Positions 19,579 to 28,437 of a stretch of 64,000 nucleotides of DNA are shown one piece after another. The position numbers and the translations under genes were made by a program. Under the pieces are notes generated by a model, which was not told the origin of the DNA, did no database searches, and saw nothing but the letters and a program-made list of their open reading frames with translations. This DNA is from Bacteroidota bacterium (lineage in GTDB: Bacteria > Bacteroidota > Bacteroidia > NS11-12g > UBA955): contig JAURFW010000002.1 in the NCBI GenBank assembly GCA_030834125.1, positions 289-64,288 on the forward strand. Direction: 5' to 3'. Position 1 is the first letter of the stretch; each line of letters starts with the position of its first letter.

Positions 19579-21396
19579 TTAACGCGTTAATTCAATTTGT
19601 TTTAACAATTTTTCTTGTTGTTCTAAAATTGTTTTTAATTGATTTTGAAGTTCTTGGTTCTGAACTTTAAGTTCTTCAATTTGTGCTTGTTGCTCTTGAA
19701 CAGATTTAATTAATGGCATTACAAATTCTGAGTAACGCAAGCCGTAATAGTCGCCTTCATTTTTTGGTTTGTCAACACCGCTAAAGTCGAATCCAACCTC
19801 ATTAGCCACTTTTTCAACCTCTTGAGCAATTAAACCAGTGTATCGAATGGTTTCCTTGTCGTATTTTGACTTCCACATAACTGTATCGCTGTGGATTCCT
19901 AGGAACTTATCAATTGCCTTTACATCGAAATTGTATGTAACAGGCTCTAGTTTCATGATGAAATCGAGTCCTTTAACATCTTTTCTTATGTTTCTTTTAA
20001 ATCTTCCATCAGACAAGTTGGTCCAAGCAACAGATCCACCAATGCTAGTAATGGAGTTATTCCCTACACGAATTTGATCAGAAGCAGTAGTTGTCGTTTG
20101 CGTTCCAAAAGCCGCAGTATTGTCTAGGTTTGTTGCATTAGGACCATTGTAAAATCCTACTGATACGTTGTAATATCCGGTTCTATTGTAGAAACCGGCA
20201 TAATAACCTATTCCTTGGTTGTAATAGCCGCTTGTGTTGTAATAACCGGCCGCATAACCAACATATGCATTACCTCTTCCTAAATTATTAGCATACAATG
20301 CGTAATTTCCGAGTCCTGCATTATAATGTCCATATACATTAGCACCAAGAGTATTGTAACCTACAGCTGCATTCATTATTCCAGAAATATTATTCTGGAG
20401 AGTATACATACCCACGCCTACATTGTAAGTTCCAGAAGTGTTATCGTATAAGCTCCTAAAACCTATTCCAATATTATAACTACCTGAAGTATTGGAACTG
20501 AGAGCTTGATACGCAATTGCTATATTATGACTTCCGTTGGTGTTATCATATAAAGTTCTAGCTCCAAGTGCAGTATTGTAATTACCGGTGTTGTTATCAT
20601 ACATCGATTCCCAACCTACACAGGTATTGTAATATCCCCCTGAATTAGAACTTAATGCATCTCTTCCTATGGCAATATTTGAGTAACCGGAGGAATTTTT
20701 ATTTGAGTTTAATCCAAATGAAATATTACTGTTGGCATTATTTAATTCACCGTACCAATTGTCATTCACTCTAAACCTTAGGGGTATGTTATCTATAGTT
20801 CCAAGAAAGTTTTTTGTTGAAGATAATCCTGAATTTCCTTCTGTGCTCCAAAATCCTTTTAAATGCACAAAACCACCATCTTTACTTAACAGTAGAGTGT
20901 CGCTGGATAACGAAATCTCTTGAATTTCGTTAAGCGTATCATTGTCAACAAATCTTTTTGTTGTTGCCACAGTTATTTGACCGTAGTCGTTAATCGTAAG
21001 AACTGGATATTCATCATCAGTACCGTAAGTATTTGCCGTAACTCCGGGCTTATTTATATCAACTTCACCTTTACCCTGTATGAAGCCTCCAGTTAGCCCT
21101 TTTCCAAATGTGATTGACCTCATTAATGGCACCCAATTGTTCTTTTCATAATACCAAAAACCTACAGTATCGTCTGTTTGATAAATTAATAATCCATCTG
21201 CTGGGCTTGGGATTAAAAATTTTTGTGCCCTAGACATTCTGGGAATCAAAACACCCTTATTTGTTGCACTTATATCTAACATTGCTGAACCATCAGGAGA
21301 ACTGCCCGTTTCATTGATTCCAACGTTTTGAGAAAATAGTGAGATTGAATTAATACATAAACTCAATAAAAGAGTACGAAAGTATTTTTGTGTCAT
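19579..21396 (-). CDS. Tail-fibre-domain protein. Gly/Tyr/Asn-rich head-like repeats, then a C-terminal intramolecular-chaperone (peptidase S74-type) domain and a coiled coil.
   Basis: 605 aa. Signal peptide. About 14-residue repeats such as 'NIAIGRDALSSNSGGYYNTCVGWESMYDNNTGNYNTALG'. The C-terminal 'DGRFKRNIRKDVKGLDFIMKLEPVTYNFD...YTGLIAQEVEKV' is typical of the endosialidase-chaperone autoprocessing domain. It ends in a heptad-like 'IEELKVQNQELQNQL' coiled coil. Confidence 0.75.
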   Translation of the reverse strand: MTQKYFRTLLLSLCINSISLFSQNVGINETGSSPDGSAMLDISATNKGVLIPRMSRAQKFLIPSPADGLLIYQTDDTVGFWYYEKNNWVPLMRSITFGKGLTGGFIQGKGEVDINKPGVTANTYGTDDEYPVLTINDYGQITVATTKRFVDNDTLNEIQEISLSSDTLLLSKDGGFVHLKGFWSTEGNSGLSSTKNFLGTIDNIPLRFRVNDNWYGELNNANSNISFGLNSNKNSSGYSNIAIGRDALSSNSGGYYNTCVGWESMYDNNTGNYNTALGARTLYDNTNGSHNIAIAYQALSSNTSGSYNIGIGFRSLYDNTSGTYNVGVGMYTLQNNISGIMNAAVGYNTLGANVYGHYNAGLGNYALYANNLGRGNAYVGYAAGYYNTSGYYNQGIGYYAGFYNRTGYYNVSVGFYNGPNATNLDNTAAFGTQTTTTASDQIRVGNNSITSIGGSVAWTNLSDGRFKRNIRKDVKGLDFIMKLEPVTYNFDVKAIDKFLGIHSDTVMWKSKYDKETIRYTGLIAQEVEKVANEVGFDFSGVDKPKNEGDYYGLRYSEFVMPLIKSVQEQQAQIEELKVQNQELQNQLKTILEQQEKLLKQIELTR

Positions 21397-21426
21397 ACAC
21401 GAGTTGTTAATATTTCGTAAATTTAA

Positions 21427-22221
21427 TTAAGTTTTTACAATTTTTTCAAAACTCTTTCTATTAAAGTTTTGTATTTTTTGCAAAAAGTTTGATTTTGATA
21501 GCAAAATTACCGGTTCTTGATCATTGAGATTTAGTTTTTTCACAATATTTGAATCTTTAGGTTCTAAGATGTTAACCTTGAATTTATTCCAACGATTTGG
21601 GAAGTCTAAACCATATAATCGAACGTGATCTTTTTGACCTAATTTTTTCACTTTTACTGATTTACTCCAGTTTGGTTTTGCTTCAATGGTTGATTTTATT
21701 TTACGACTAAAAGGAATTTGTATTATTGCCTTCCCATCAGGTTTTAAAACTCTGTAAATTTCCTCTATTGCGAAATTTTCATTTTCAATATGCTCGAGTA
21801 CATGATTGGCAATGACCCAGTCAAATTGCTCATTTTCAAATTGCAACTCAGTTAAGTCACCATCCTTCACATCTCTACCGTAAATATACTTATACCAACC
21901 TACTTTTTTATCAATTTGCGTGAGGTGAATATTAGGTTTGTTTTTTAAGATTCTTAAGAGTGCCTTTTCTGGAGCGACGTGCAGTATATTTCCAGAGGGC
22001 GGTAAATCTTCGAAGAACAGTTTAATCAATCGGTCACGGTCAGAGCTACAACAATTCGGACAATTTACTTTTCTTCTTCCTCCACCAATAATATTATATT
22101 TAACAGTAGCATCGTTATTGTGACCTCGGATAAACCAAAAGTTTGTGTTAATTCCGCAAATATTGCAATGCTGCGAACCCGTAGGAATGAAAAATGAAGG
22201 AATCGTAAATTCCATTGCCAA
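21427..22221 (-). CDS. Class I SAM-dependent methyltransferase.
   Basis: 264 aa. 'FDWVIANHVLEHIEN' (motif II/III) and a Cys cluster 'CNICG...CPNCCSSDRDR' at the N-terminus. Confidence 0.7.
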   Translation of the reverse strand: MAMEFTIPSFFIPTGSQHCNICGINTNFWFIRGHNNDATVKYNIIGGGRRKVNCPNCCSSDRDRLIKLFFEDLPPSGNILHVAPEKALLRILKNKPNIHLTQIDKKVGWYKYIYGRDVKDGDLTELQFENEQFDWVIANHVLEHIENENFAIEEIYRVLKPDGKAIIQIPFSRKIKSTIEAKPNWSKSVKVKKLGQKDHVRLYGLDFPNRWNKFKVNILEPKDSNIVKKLNLNDQEPVILLSKSNFLQKIQNFNRKSFEKIVKT

Positions 22222-22233
22222 TCAAAAATACAT

Positions 22234-22266
22234 AAAAAAAGGACGTGATAAGCACGCCTTTTTTTT
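22234..22266 (-). terminator. Rho-independent terminator for the PPIase gene: a stem-loop followed by a U-tract on the - strand.
   Basis: aaaaaaa-GGACGTG-ataag-CACGCC-tttttttt. GG/CGTG pairs with CACG/CC with one bulged A. It is flanked by an A-run and a T-run, so it could act bidirectionally. Confidence 0.6.
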
Positions 22267-22285
22267 ATAAAATAATGTTCAATTT

Positions 22286-23383
22286 TTACTTTTGGCTAGC
22301 CTTATCAGAAACTCCAACTAGTTCGGTTTCAAATATTAATGTAGCATTAGGTGGAATTACTCCTCCTGCCCCGCGTGCGCCATAACCTAATTTAGATGGA
22401 ATGATTAAGGTATACTTTGAACCTACATTCATTAGTGCAATACCTTCGTCCCAACCTGGAATTACTTGTCCTATTCCTAACTGGAATTCAATAGGTTGAC
22501 CTCTGCGGTAAGAATTATCGAATTCCATACCATTATCTAATTTACCACTGTAATGTACTTGAACAAATTTACTTGGAACAGCTGCCTCTCCCTGGCCTTT
22601 CTCATTAACAACATAAGCTAATCCGCTTTCAGTAAACTGTGCGGTAGGATAGTCTTCCATTACCATCTCTTTGAAGTTTTTATTAGCATTTGCTAATCTT
22701 TCTTTCTCTTCCTCGATAGCCTTTCGTGTGATTTCTTCATTCATTTTGTCAAATGCCTCTTTAGAAACCTGGAAGTTGTTCGCTGCATCTCCTTTTCGAA
22801 TGATTTCTAACTTCTCAATTTTATCTCCACCTTGAATGGCATCTACTACGTCTTGACCATCAATTACTTTACCAAATACAGTGTGCTTGCCGTCTAACCA
22901 TGGTGTTGCAACATGAGTTATGAAAAACTGAGACCCATTTGTGCCTGGTCCTGCATTTGCCATTGATAAAATACCAGGACCTGTATGCTTTAGGTCAGGG
23001 TGGAATTCATCAACAAAACGATATCCTGGTCCCCCAGAACCATTACCTTTTGGATCACCACCTTGTATCATGAAGTCTTTAATTACTCTGTGAAATGAAA
23101 GGCCATCATAAAATGGCTCTCCTTCTGGCTTTGCTTCATTAGGGATTTTCCCTTCTGCTAAGCCAACAAAATTACATACGGTTAACGGTGTTTTATCGAA
23201 ATACAATTCCAATAAAATGTTACCTTTAGTTGTTTGCATGTTTGCATACATACCATCGGCCAAATCTTCAATTTTTATTTTTTTGCTTTGATTCATGGAT
23301 TTTTGATTGAATGAGAATGAGGTCAATACTGTTAGAGCTACCGCTGCAGACAAGATTGAGATACTTTTTATATATTTTTTCAT
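22286..23383 (-). CDS. Secreted dual-domain peptidyl-prolyl cis-trans isomerase: an N-terminal cyclophilin domain fused to a C-terminal FKBP domain.
   Basis: 365 aa. Signal peptide. Cyclophilin motif '[15 protein letters not shown]'. FKBP region '[19 protein letters not shown]...[31 protein letters not shown]'. Confidence 0.85.
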   Translation of the reverse strand: MKKYIKSISILSAAVALTVLTSFSFNQKSMNQSKKIKIEDLADGMYANMQTTKGNILLELYFDKTPLTVCNFVGLAEGKIPNEAKPEGEPFYDGLSFHRVIKDFMIQGGDPKGNGSGGPGYRFVDEFHPDLKHTGPGILSMANAGPGTNGSQFFITHVATPWLDGKHTVFGKVIDGQDVVDAIQGGDKIEKLEIIRKGDAANNFQVSKEAFDKMNEEITRKAIEEEKERLANANKNFKEMVMEDYPTAQFTESGLAYVVNEKGQGEAAVPSKFVQVHYSGKLDNGMEFDNSYRRGQPIEFQLGIGQVIPGWDEGIALMNVGSKYTLIIPSKLGYGARGAGGVIPPNATLIFETELVGVSDKASQK

Positions 23384-23730
23384 ATTTCTTCTAATTCTAA
23401 TTTTAGTGTTTTTGATAGTTTGGACACCACAAGATCGTAAGAATGATCAATAAGTTCATAAACCATTTCTATGGATAGCCCTTCTAAGTAGACGGAATTC
23501 CATAATTTTTTGTTCATGTGGTATCCAGGTTTGATTTGCTCGAATTCTTCTCTGAGTTTAGTGCTTCTTTCGGGATCGCATTTTAGGGCAATTGATTGAA
23601 ATTCTTCAATGTCACCCACACAAAACATTTTTCCCATAACTTTCCAAACAACAGTTGTTTCATCAAACGGGAAGGTTTCTTCAACCCCTGTTTTTGATAA
23701 ACAATATGCTTGAATAGTTGTGAAGAACAT
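23380..23730 (-). CDS. MmcQ/YjbR family DNA-binding protein.
   Basis: 116 aa. '[30 protein letters not shown]' resembles the YjbR family. Confidence 0.5.
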   Translation of the reverse strand: MFFTTIQAYCLSKTGVEETFPFDETTVVWKVMGKMFCVGDIEEFQSIALKCDPERSTKLREEFEQIKPGYHMNKKLWNSVYLEGLSIEMVYELIDHSYDLVVSKLSKTLKLELEEI

Positions 23731-23846
23731 ATTTTACAAAACTAAACAATCAAAACTAAATTTGTATTTCAAATATTGTTAAAACGTAATAGAATATTTA
23801 ATGAGCTCCAGAGTTAAATAAATATGAAGATTTTTGAAAAGAACGG

Positions 23847-25007
23847 ATGAGGAAAAATAATATAAATAGGAAATTAATGGAACATGCTAAAGTGTTGCTA
23901 ACATTAGCATTCACTTTTGTACTTATGACCAAAGAAGTATCAGCACAAACTCAAAAAATGAAATTCTCTCTTTGGGAAAAACTTGAATTTAAAGAGGAAA
24001 AAATTAAAGAGAAGACTTATTTAAAGGCTTGGTTGGGTAATCAGTTCTATACGGGAAGAGCCGCAGAATATTGGCCAGTACCAGATGATTATCCGGCAGA
24101 TAGAATGAAGCCAATAAAGCGTCAAGCGACATTTAAAAACGGATTAATGCACGGTGCTTACTTGCTGCAATCCCCAGATGGACTCTGGGTGCAGAAAGAG
24201 ACCTTCAGAAACGGAAAGAAGAATGGCCCTTTTGAATACTACGACGAATTTGGATCGCTTGAATTCAAAGGTACGTATGATGAAAATGAAGAATTTAATG
24301 GGTTATATCAAGGATTTTTTACTGCCTCATCCAAATTAAGGGTCCAAAATTATTATGTACACGGCAAGTTAGATTCTCTTTGCACAGAGTTTTATCAAAT
24401 TGGTAAAGTTCAAGCTGAAAGATGGTTTAGTGAAGGTACGCCTATTAAACAACATAAAACCTATTATGAAAATGGCGAAATTGCATCTATGATTGATTTT
24501 GATGATAATGGATATGTTCACGGTCGGTGGTATGAATTTCATAGAACTGGCTGTCCAGGAAAAGAAAGCTATTTTAAACACGGTGCTCAGGATAGTATTT
24601 CTAAAAGTTGGGATGCCATTACTTGTGATTTAATCAAAACTGGAATGTGGAAAGATGGGAAAAAAGAGGGTGTTTTTGTTAATTACAATCAGTTCATGGA
24701 TACCATTTTAGCGGAGTCATACAAAAATGGGTTGCTTCATGGTCTTCATACGAAATATACCATTATAAAAGACACTAAGAAAAATATAAGAATTCGCACC
24801 ATAGAAACTCAAGGTTATTATGAAAATGGCGTTCCCGAAGGTTACTGGGTATATAATATTAATAGTCATTACAGACAAAGAGAAGGGGCTTATAAAGACG
24901 GTCATAAAATTGGGCTTTGGAAGTATTATGATATCGATGGGAAGTTGTTGTTAACCCAGGTTTATTCAGAGAATGGAGAGAAAATAAAAGAAAAAATTCA
25001 TGACTAA
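23847..25007 (+). CDS. MORN-variant repeat / YwqK-family protein.
   Basis: 386 aa. Repeated 'NG.K.G.F..Y..G.L...G.Y.NG...G' units ('KNGLMHGAYLL', 'GKKNGPFEYY', 'GKKEGVFVNY', 'NGLLHGLHTKY'). Confidence 0.6.
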   Translation: MRKNNINRKLMEHAKVLLTLAFTFVLMTKEVSAQTQKMKFSLWEKLEFKEEKIKEKTYLKAWLGNQFYTGRAAEYWPVPDDYPADRMKPIKRQATFKNGLMHGAYLLQSPDGLWVQKETFRNGKKNGPFEYYDEFGSLEFKGTYDENEEFNGLYQGFFTASSKLRVQNYYVHGKLDSLCTEFYQIGKVQAERWFSEGTPIKQHKTYYENGEIASMIDFDDNGYVHGRWYEFHRTGCPGKESYFKHGAQDSISKSWDAITCDLIKTGMWKDGKKEGVFVNYNQFMDTILAESYKNGLLHGLHTKYTIIKDTKKNIRIRTIETQGYYENGVPEGYWVYNINSHYRQREGAYKDGHKIGLWKYYDIDGKLLLTQVYSENGEKIKEKIHD

Positions 25008-25647
25008 AATACAACCTTATATAATTGGTGTTACCGGCTTATCGGGTTCCGGTAAGAGTTATTATGTAGATAGACTGAAGGAGATTTTCTCAAAAAATAT
25101 TACCATTATCGGATTTGATGATTATTATAAACCTTTGGAGGAGCAGCATATTGACGATTACGGTGAGGCAAACTATGATCTTCCTACAGCACTGTATTCT
25201 GAAATGTTTTATGAGGATTTGTTGAAATTGATAGAATATCATCCGGTAATGATTAAAAAGTATCAGTTTGAACATTATGATGCACCTGAAGTGATAGAAA
25301 CTGTATCACCGGCACCAATTTTACTGGTTGAGGGATTATTTGTAATGGAGTTTTCTAAAGTAGACGCCTTGTTAGATTACAGGATTTTTATTGATTGTGA
25401 TACAGATTTGTGTTTCAACCGTAGATTAAAGAGAGATATGGCAGAAAGGAATATTCCAGAAAAACGCAGTTTACATCAATGGAAGCATCATGTTATGCCT
25501 GCTTACAATAATTTTATACTTCCACACAAAGAAAAATGCGATCTAGTAGTAATCAATGACGGTCCCGCAGATAAAAATATCCAAATTATCGTAGATTCAA
25601 TTTTTTCCGAGGCACACCCAACGGTATTGGAAGCAATTGGGCAATAA
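25000..25647 (+). CDS. udk: Uridine kinase family protein.
   Basis: 215 aa. P-loop 'IIGVTGLSGSGKS' and 'DLVVINDG'. Overlaps the upstream gene by 8 nt. Confidence 0.75.
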   Translation: MTKIQPYIIGVTGLSGSGKSYYVDRLKEIFSKNITIIGFDDYYKPLEEQHIDDYGEANYDLPTALYSEMFYEDLLKLIEYHPVMIKKYQFEHYDAPEVIETVSPAPILLVEGLFVMEFSKVDALLDYRIFIDCDTDLCFNRRLKRDMAERNIPEKRSLHQWKHHVMPAYNNFILPHKEKCDLVVINDGPADKNIQIIVDSIFSEAHPTVLEAIGQ

Positions 25648-25804
25648 AATCTTTATTTAAAATCATCATCGTAACCTTCAGAAGGTTATTAGATATCCTC
25701 CTTTTATAGATTTTGAGATAAAATAGGGGGAAATTTATCTACATTATCATTTAACTTTCAAAAAAATTTGAGAAAAATATTATTATCGTATATAAAATTG
25801 AATA

Positions 25805-26185
25805 ATGGAACATTTAACGGGAATACATTACGAAAGGTTTTATCGGGATTTAATTGAAAATGCTTTTTTAATACATGAGAAAGTAGAAGGAGAAACTTTA
25901 TCTGGAGAATGGAATACCTATTATAATTTTGAGGATGCCGAAGATGAAGCTTCTTGGGATGAGGCAACATTATCTGAATACGGAAATGCTTATTATTTCA
26001 AGGATGATAAAATTTATGAATGCATTATCTTTCTCGAAAATATGGAATGCACCGGGGTTAATCTATACAGCGATTTTAATGAAATTAAATCATTTGTTAA
26101 TGAATTATTAGAATTAGAATTAGATGATGAGGAATCATTATTAGCTAATCAACCGTGGGTAAAGGGCTATTTGAATAAAAATTAA
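25805..26185 (+). CDS. Hypothetical small acidic protein.
   Basis: 126 aa, Glu/Asp-rich. No recognisable motif. Confidence 0.4.
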   Translation: MEHLTGIHYERFYRDLIENAFLIHEKVEGETLSGEWNTYYNFEDAEDEASWDEATLSEYGNAYYFKDDKIYECIIFLENMECTGVNLYSDFNEIKSFVNELLELELDDEESLLANQPWVKGYLNKN

Positions 26186-26285
26186 AAAAATAGTTACTGT
26201 TACAAGAAAGGAATTGCAATTAAACTTTCTTAAACCTTCCTATTTGCATTTTTTATTATTGAATTAATTGAAAGTGAGTTTATAA

Positions 26286-27365
26286 ATGCAGAAAAGTAGA
26301 AATGATTTTTTAAATGAGTTAGCTTCTAAAAAAATCAAATATAATTTAGGTGCAGGAGTACCTCCACTTGATCTATATCCAAACCTAAATTTGGAAAAAT
26401 ATTTTGCTGGATTTAATATCATATCAAACCAGGACTTAATTGGCTATCATCATACAACTGGATTAATTCAAAAGGCTGCTTCTATTTTTTTAGAGGTTAA
26501 TGAAGGGTTAACTGTTGATTCTGATAATATCGTGATTTCTAATGGAGTCCAAGAAGCAATAACATTAACTATTTCTTTGTTTAGAAACAGTACTTTAGCT
26601 TGCTTAGATCCTTCATATCCAGGTTTTGAAGATGCGGCTGCAACATTTGGATGTAAGGTAAAAAAATTAAAAAATGTCAATTGGATCAAACAAATAGAAA
26701 AATTACCTGAAGGTAGCCTTTTTTATTTATCGTCAGATTTTTCAAATCCAGAAGGGTATTCGATTTCAATTGAAGACAGAAATAAGTTAGTTGAGATAGC
26801 TGAAAAAAATAAATTCTTCATTTTTGACGACGCTACCTATAGGCCTTTTAATTTAGATGTTTCATTTCCTTCGCTATTGTCACTTAATAGTGATTATGTT
26901 ATTCATGCTGTTTCATTTTCTAAATTTTTAGCTCCAGGACTACGTACAGCGTTTATTTATATACCACAAAGTTTAAAATCAGGGTTTGTTCGGTCCAAGT
27001 CTAATATTAGTTTAAATAATTCTGGTATTACTCAGTTTATCATAAAGAGATGGTTAGAAGAGAACAACTATAGTCTGAAAAAACAGTTAAATGCTATCAA
27101 GCAAAGATTAATTGCTAATAGAGAAATTACCAGAAAATTTAATATTTCGTATAATGGTGGTTTCTTTTGTACAATTGCCCTTGATAAAGATGCAGATTAC
27201 ACATTTTGTGAAAAATTATTAGAAAACGAAAAAATCGCGGTAATTCCAATGGAATTGTTTACTCAAGAAAAGAGATATAAAAATCAACTAAGGCTTTGTA
27301 TTGCTAATATCGATGCTGAAAAATTAGATTTGGTTTTAAATAAAATAATCAAATTCATAGCATAA
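26286..27365 (+). CDS. PLP-dependent aminotransferase, class I/II fold. First gene of the NRPS cluster and a candidate aryl-glycine transaminase.
   Basis: 359 aa. The PLP-lysine region 'SFSKFLAPGLRTAF' fits the S-x-S-K...G-x-R signature. 'DPSYPGFEDAA' also matches. Confidence 0.75.
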   Translation: MQKSRNDFLNELASKKIKYNLGAGVPPLDLYPNLNLEKYFAGFNIISNQDLIGYHHTTGLIQKAASIFLEVNEGLTVDSDNIVISNGVQEAITLTISLFRNSTLACLDPSYPGFEDAAATFGCKVKKLKNVNWIKQIEKLPEGSLFYLSSDFSNPEGYSISIEDRNKLVEIAEKNKFFIFDDATYRPFNLDVSFPSLLSLNSDYVIHAVSFSKFLAPGLRTAFIYIPQSLKSGFVRSKSNISLNNSGITQFIIKRWLEENNYSLKKQLNAIKQRLIANREITRKFNISYNGGFFCTIALDKDADYTFCEKLLENEKIAVIPMELFTQEKRYKNQLRLCIANIDAEKLDLVLNKIIKFIA

Positions 27366-27372
27366 TTTTATA

Positions 27373-28437
27373 ATGAAGATCAACGGAGTATTATTTGTAG
27401 AAATTTATGTAGGTATGGCTAAAATGGTTGCTTGGTGGCACCAAATGGCACTTGGTTTTACCTTGAAGGGTATAAGGGAGAGTAAAGGAAAGTATGGGGA
27501 CGAAATAACTTATTGGTTGCAGAGTGGAGATGCAAATATATTAATCACTTCTGCATTAGACCCTGCAGCTCATGATGTAATTTCCTTTGTTGACAGACAT
27601 GGCAATTCAATTAAAAGATTTGGTATTGAAGTTGATTCAATTAATAGTACTTATGACTTTCTAAAAAAAAGTTCTGCAATTTTAACTTCGGGAATCGTAG
27701 AGGAAGAAGTAGGCGATGAATACAGTGCTCGCATAAACATAAAGCTGTTTGACGATAATGAAATAAGTTTTGTGGAACGTAAAAATTGTGTAGCGCCGTT
27801 TGCAGGATTTAATAATATTGAACATTCTTTCAGTCAGAATTTTATCAAGAATATTGACCATCTTGCTTCTGTAGTTAGAATAAATGAGGCAGATTTTTGG
27901 AATCAATACCTCAGTAATATATTAAATCTTCAATTGGTTCAGACGATAGGAGAAGAATTTTTTGCCAATCTCCTTTCTGGAATGAAGATGTTTGTATTAA
28001 ATTCATCTATTGGAAAATTTAGTAAAGTAATTGTAGAGCCGCTCCCTGAAAAAGAAAAAAAATCTCAGGTAGATGTTTTTTTAAATAGCCATTTTGGAAA
28101 TGGAATTCAGCATCTTGCGTTTGAAGTTGATGATCTGATTCAGACGGTTGAATTACTTAAATCTAAAGGAGTTATTTTTACTAAAGTTCCTGAAAAATAT
28201 TATATTGATCTCGAAAAAGAGGCTCCTGAACTCCCCATAGAAATGCTACGAAAAGCAAATATCCTGTGTGAAAAGGATGAAGATAAAATTCTTCTACAAG
28301 TTTTTACAGAACCTATTGGAGATCGGCCTACGCTCTTTTATGAATTTATTCAACGTGTAAATAGTTATAAAGGCTTTGGGGCAACCAATGTTAAACAGTT
28401 ATTTAAAGCTCTCGAGAATCATTTAAATAATGACTGA
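27373..28437 (+). CDS. 4-hydroxyphenylpyruvate dioxygenase-like enzyme of the VOC superfamily, i.e. HPPD or hydroxymandelate-synthase type.
   Basis: 354 aa. Two VOC modules ('GVLFVEIYVG...', 'IDHLASVV', 'GIQHLAFEVDD'). The C-terminal 'QVFTEPIGDRPTLFYEFIQR' is diagnostic of the HPPD/HmaS family. Confidence 0.7.
   Translation: MKINGVLFVEIYVGMAKMVAWWHQMALGFTLKGIRESKGKYGDEITYWLQSGDANILITSALDPAAHDVISFVDRHGNSIKRFGIEVDSINSTYDFLKKSSAILTSGIVEEEVGDEYSARINIKLFDDNEISFVERKNCVAPFAGFNNIEHSFSQNFIKNIDHLASVVRINEADFWNQYLSNILNLQLVQTIGEEFFANLLSGMKMFVLNSSIGKFSKVIVEPLPEKEKKSQVDVFLNSHFGNGIQHLAFEVDDLIQTVELLKSKGVIFTKVPEKYYIDLEKEAPELPIEMLRKANILCEKDEDKILLQVFTEPIGDRPTLFYEFIQRVNSYKGFGATNVKQLFKALENHLNND

Noticed and set aside
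19579-21396. The tail-fibre-domain gene considered as evidence of a prophage.
   Set aside because: There are no capsid, terminase, portal, integrase or other phage genes in the vicinity. Such tail-fibre/S74-chaperone proteins are common chromosomal adhesin-like genes in Bacteroidetes.
25648-25700. The short palindrome 'TAACCTTCAGAAGGTTA' after udk as a terminator.
   Set aside because: It is only a 7-bp stem with a 3-nt loop and no following U-tract. That is too weak to call.
25805-26185. The small acidic ORF just upstream of the cluster considered as a RiPP precursor or cluster member.
   Set aside because: It is separated from the first cluster gene by a 100-nt AT-rich spacer, has no leader/core features or Cys/Ser/Thr-rich core, and there are no RiPP-modifying enzymes nearby. 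It is kept only as a hypothetical CDS.
26186-26285. A candidate promoter for the NRPS operon in the 100-nt spacer (the 'ttgcattttttattattgaat' region).
   Set aside because: I could not find a convincing match to the Bacteroidetes -33 TTG / -7 TAnnTTTG consensus at correct spacing by eye. It is not reported as a feature.
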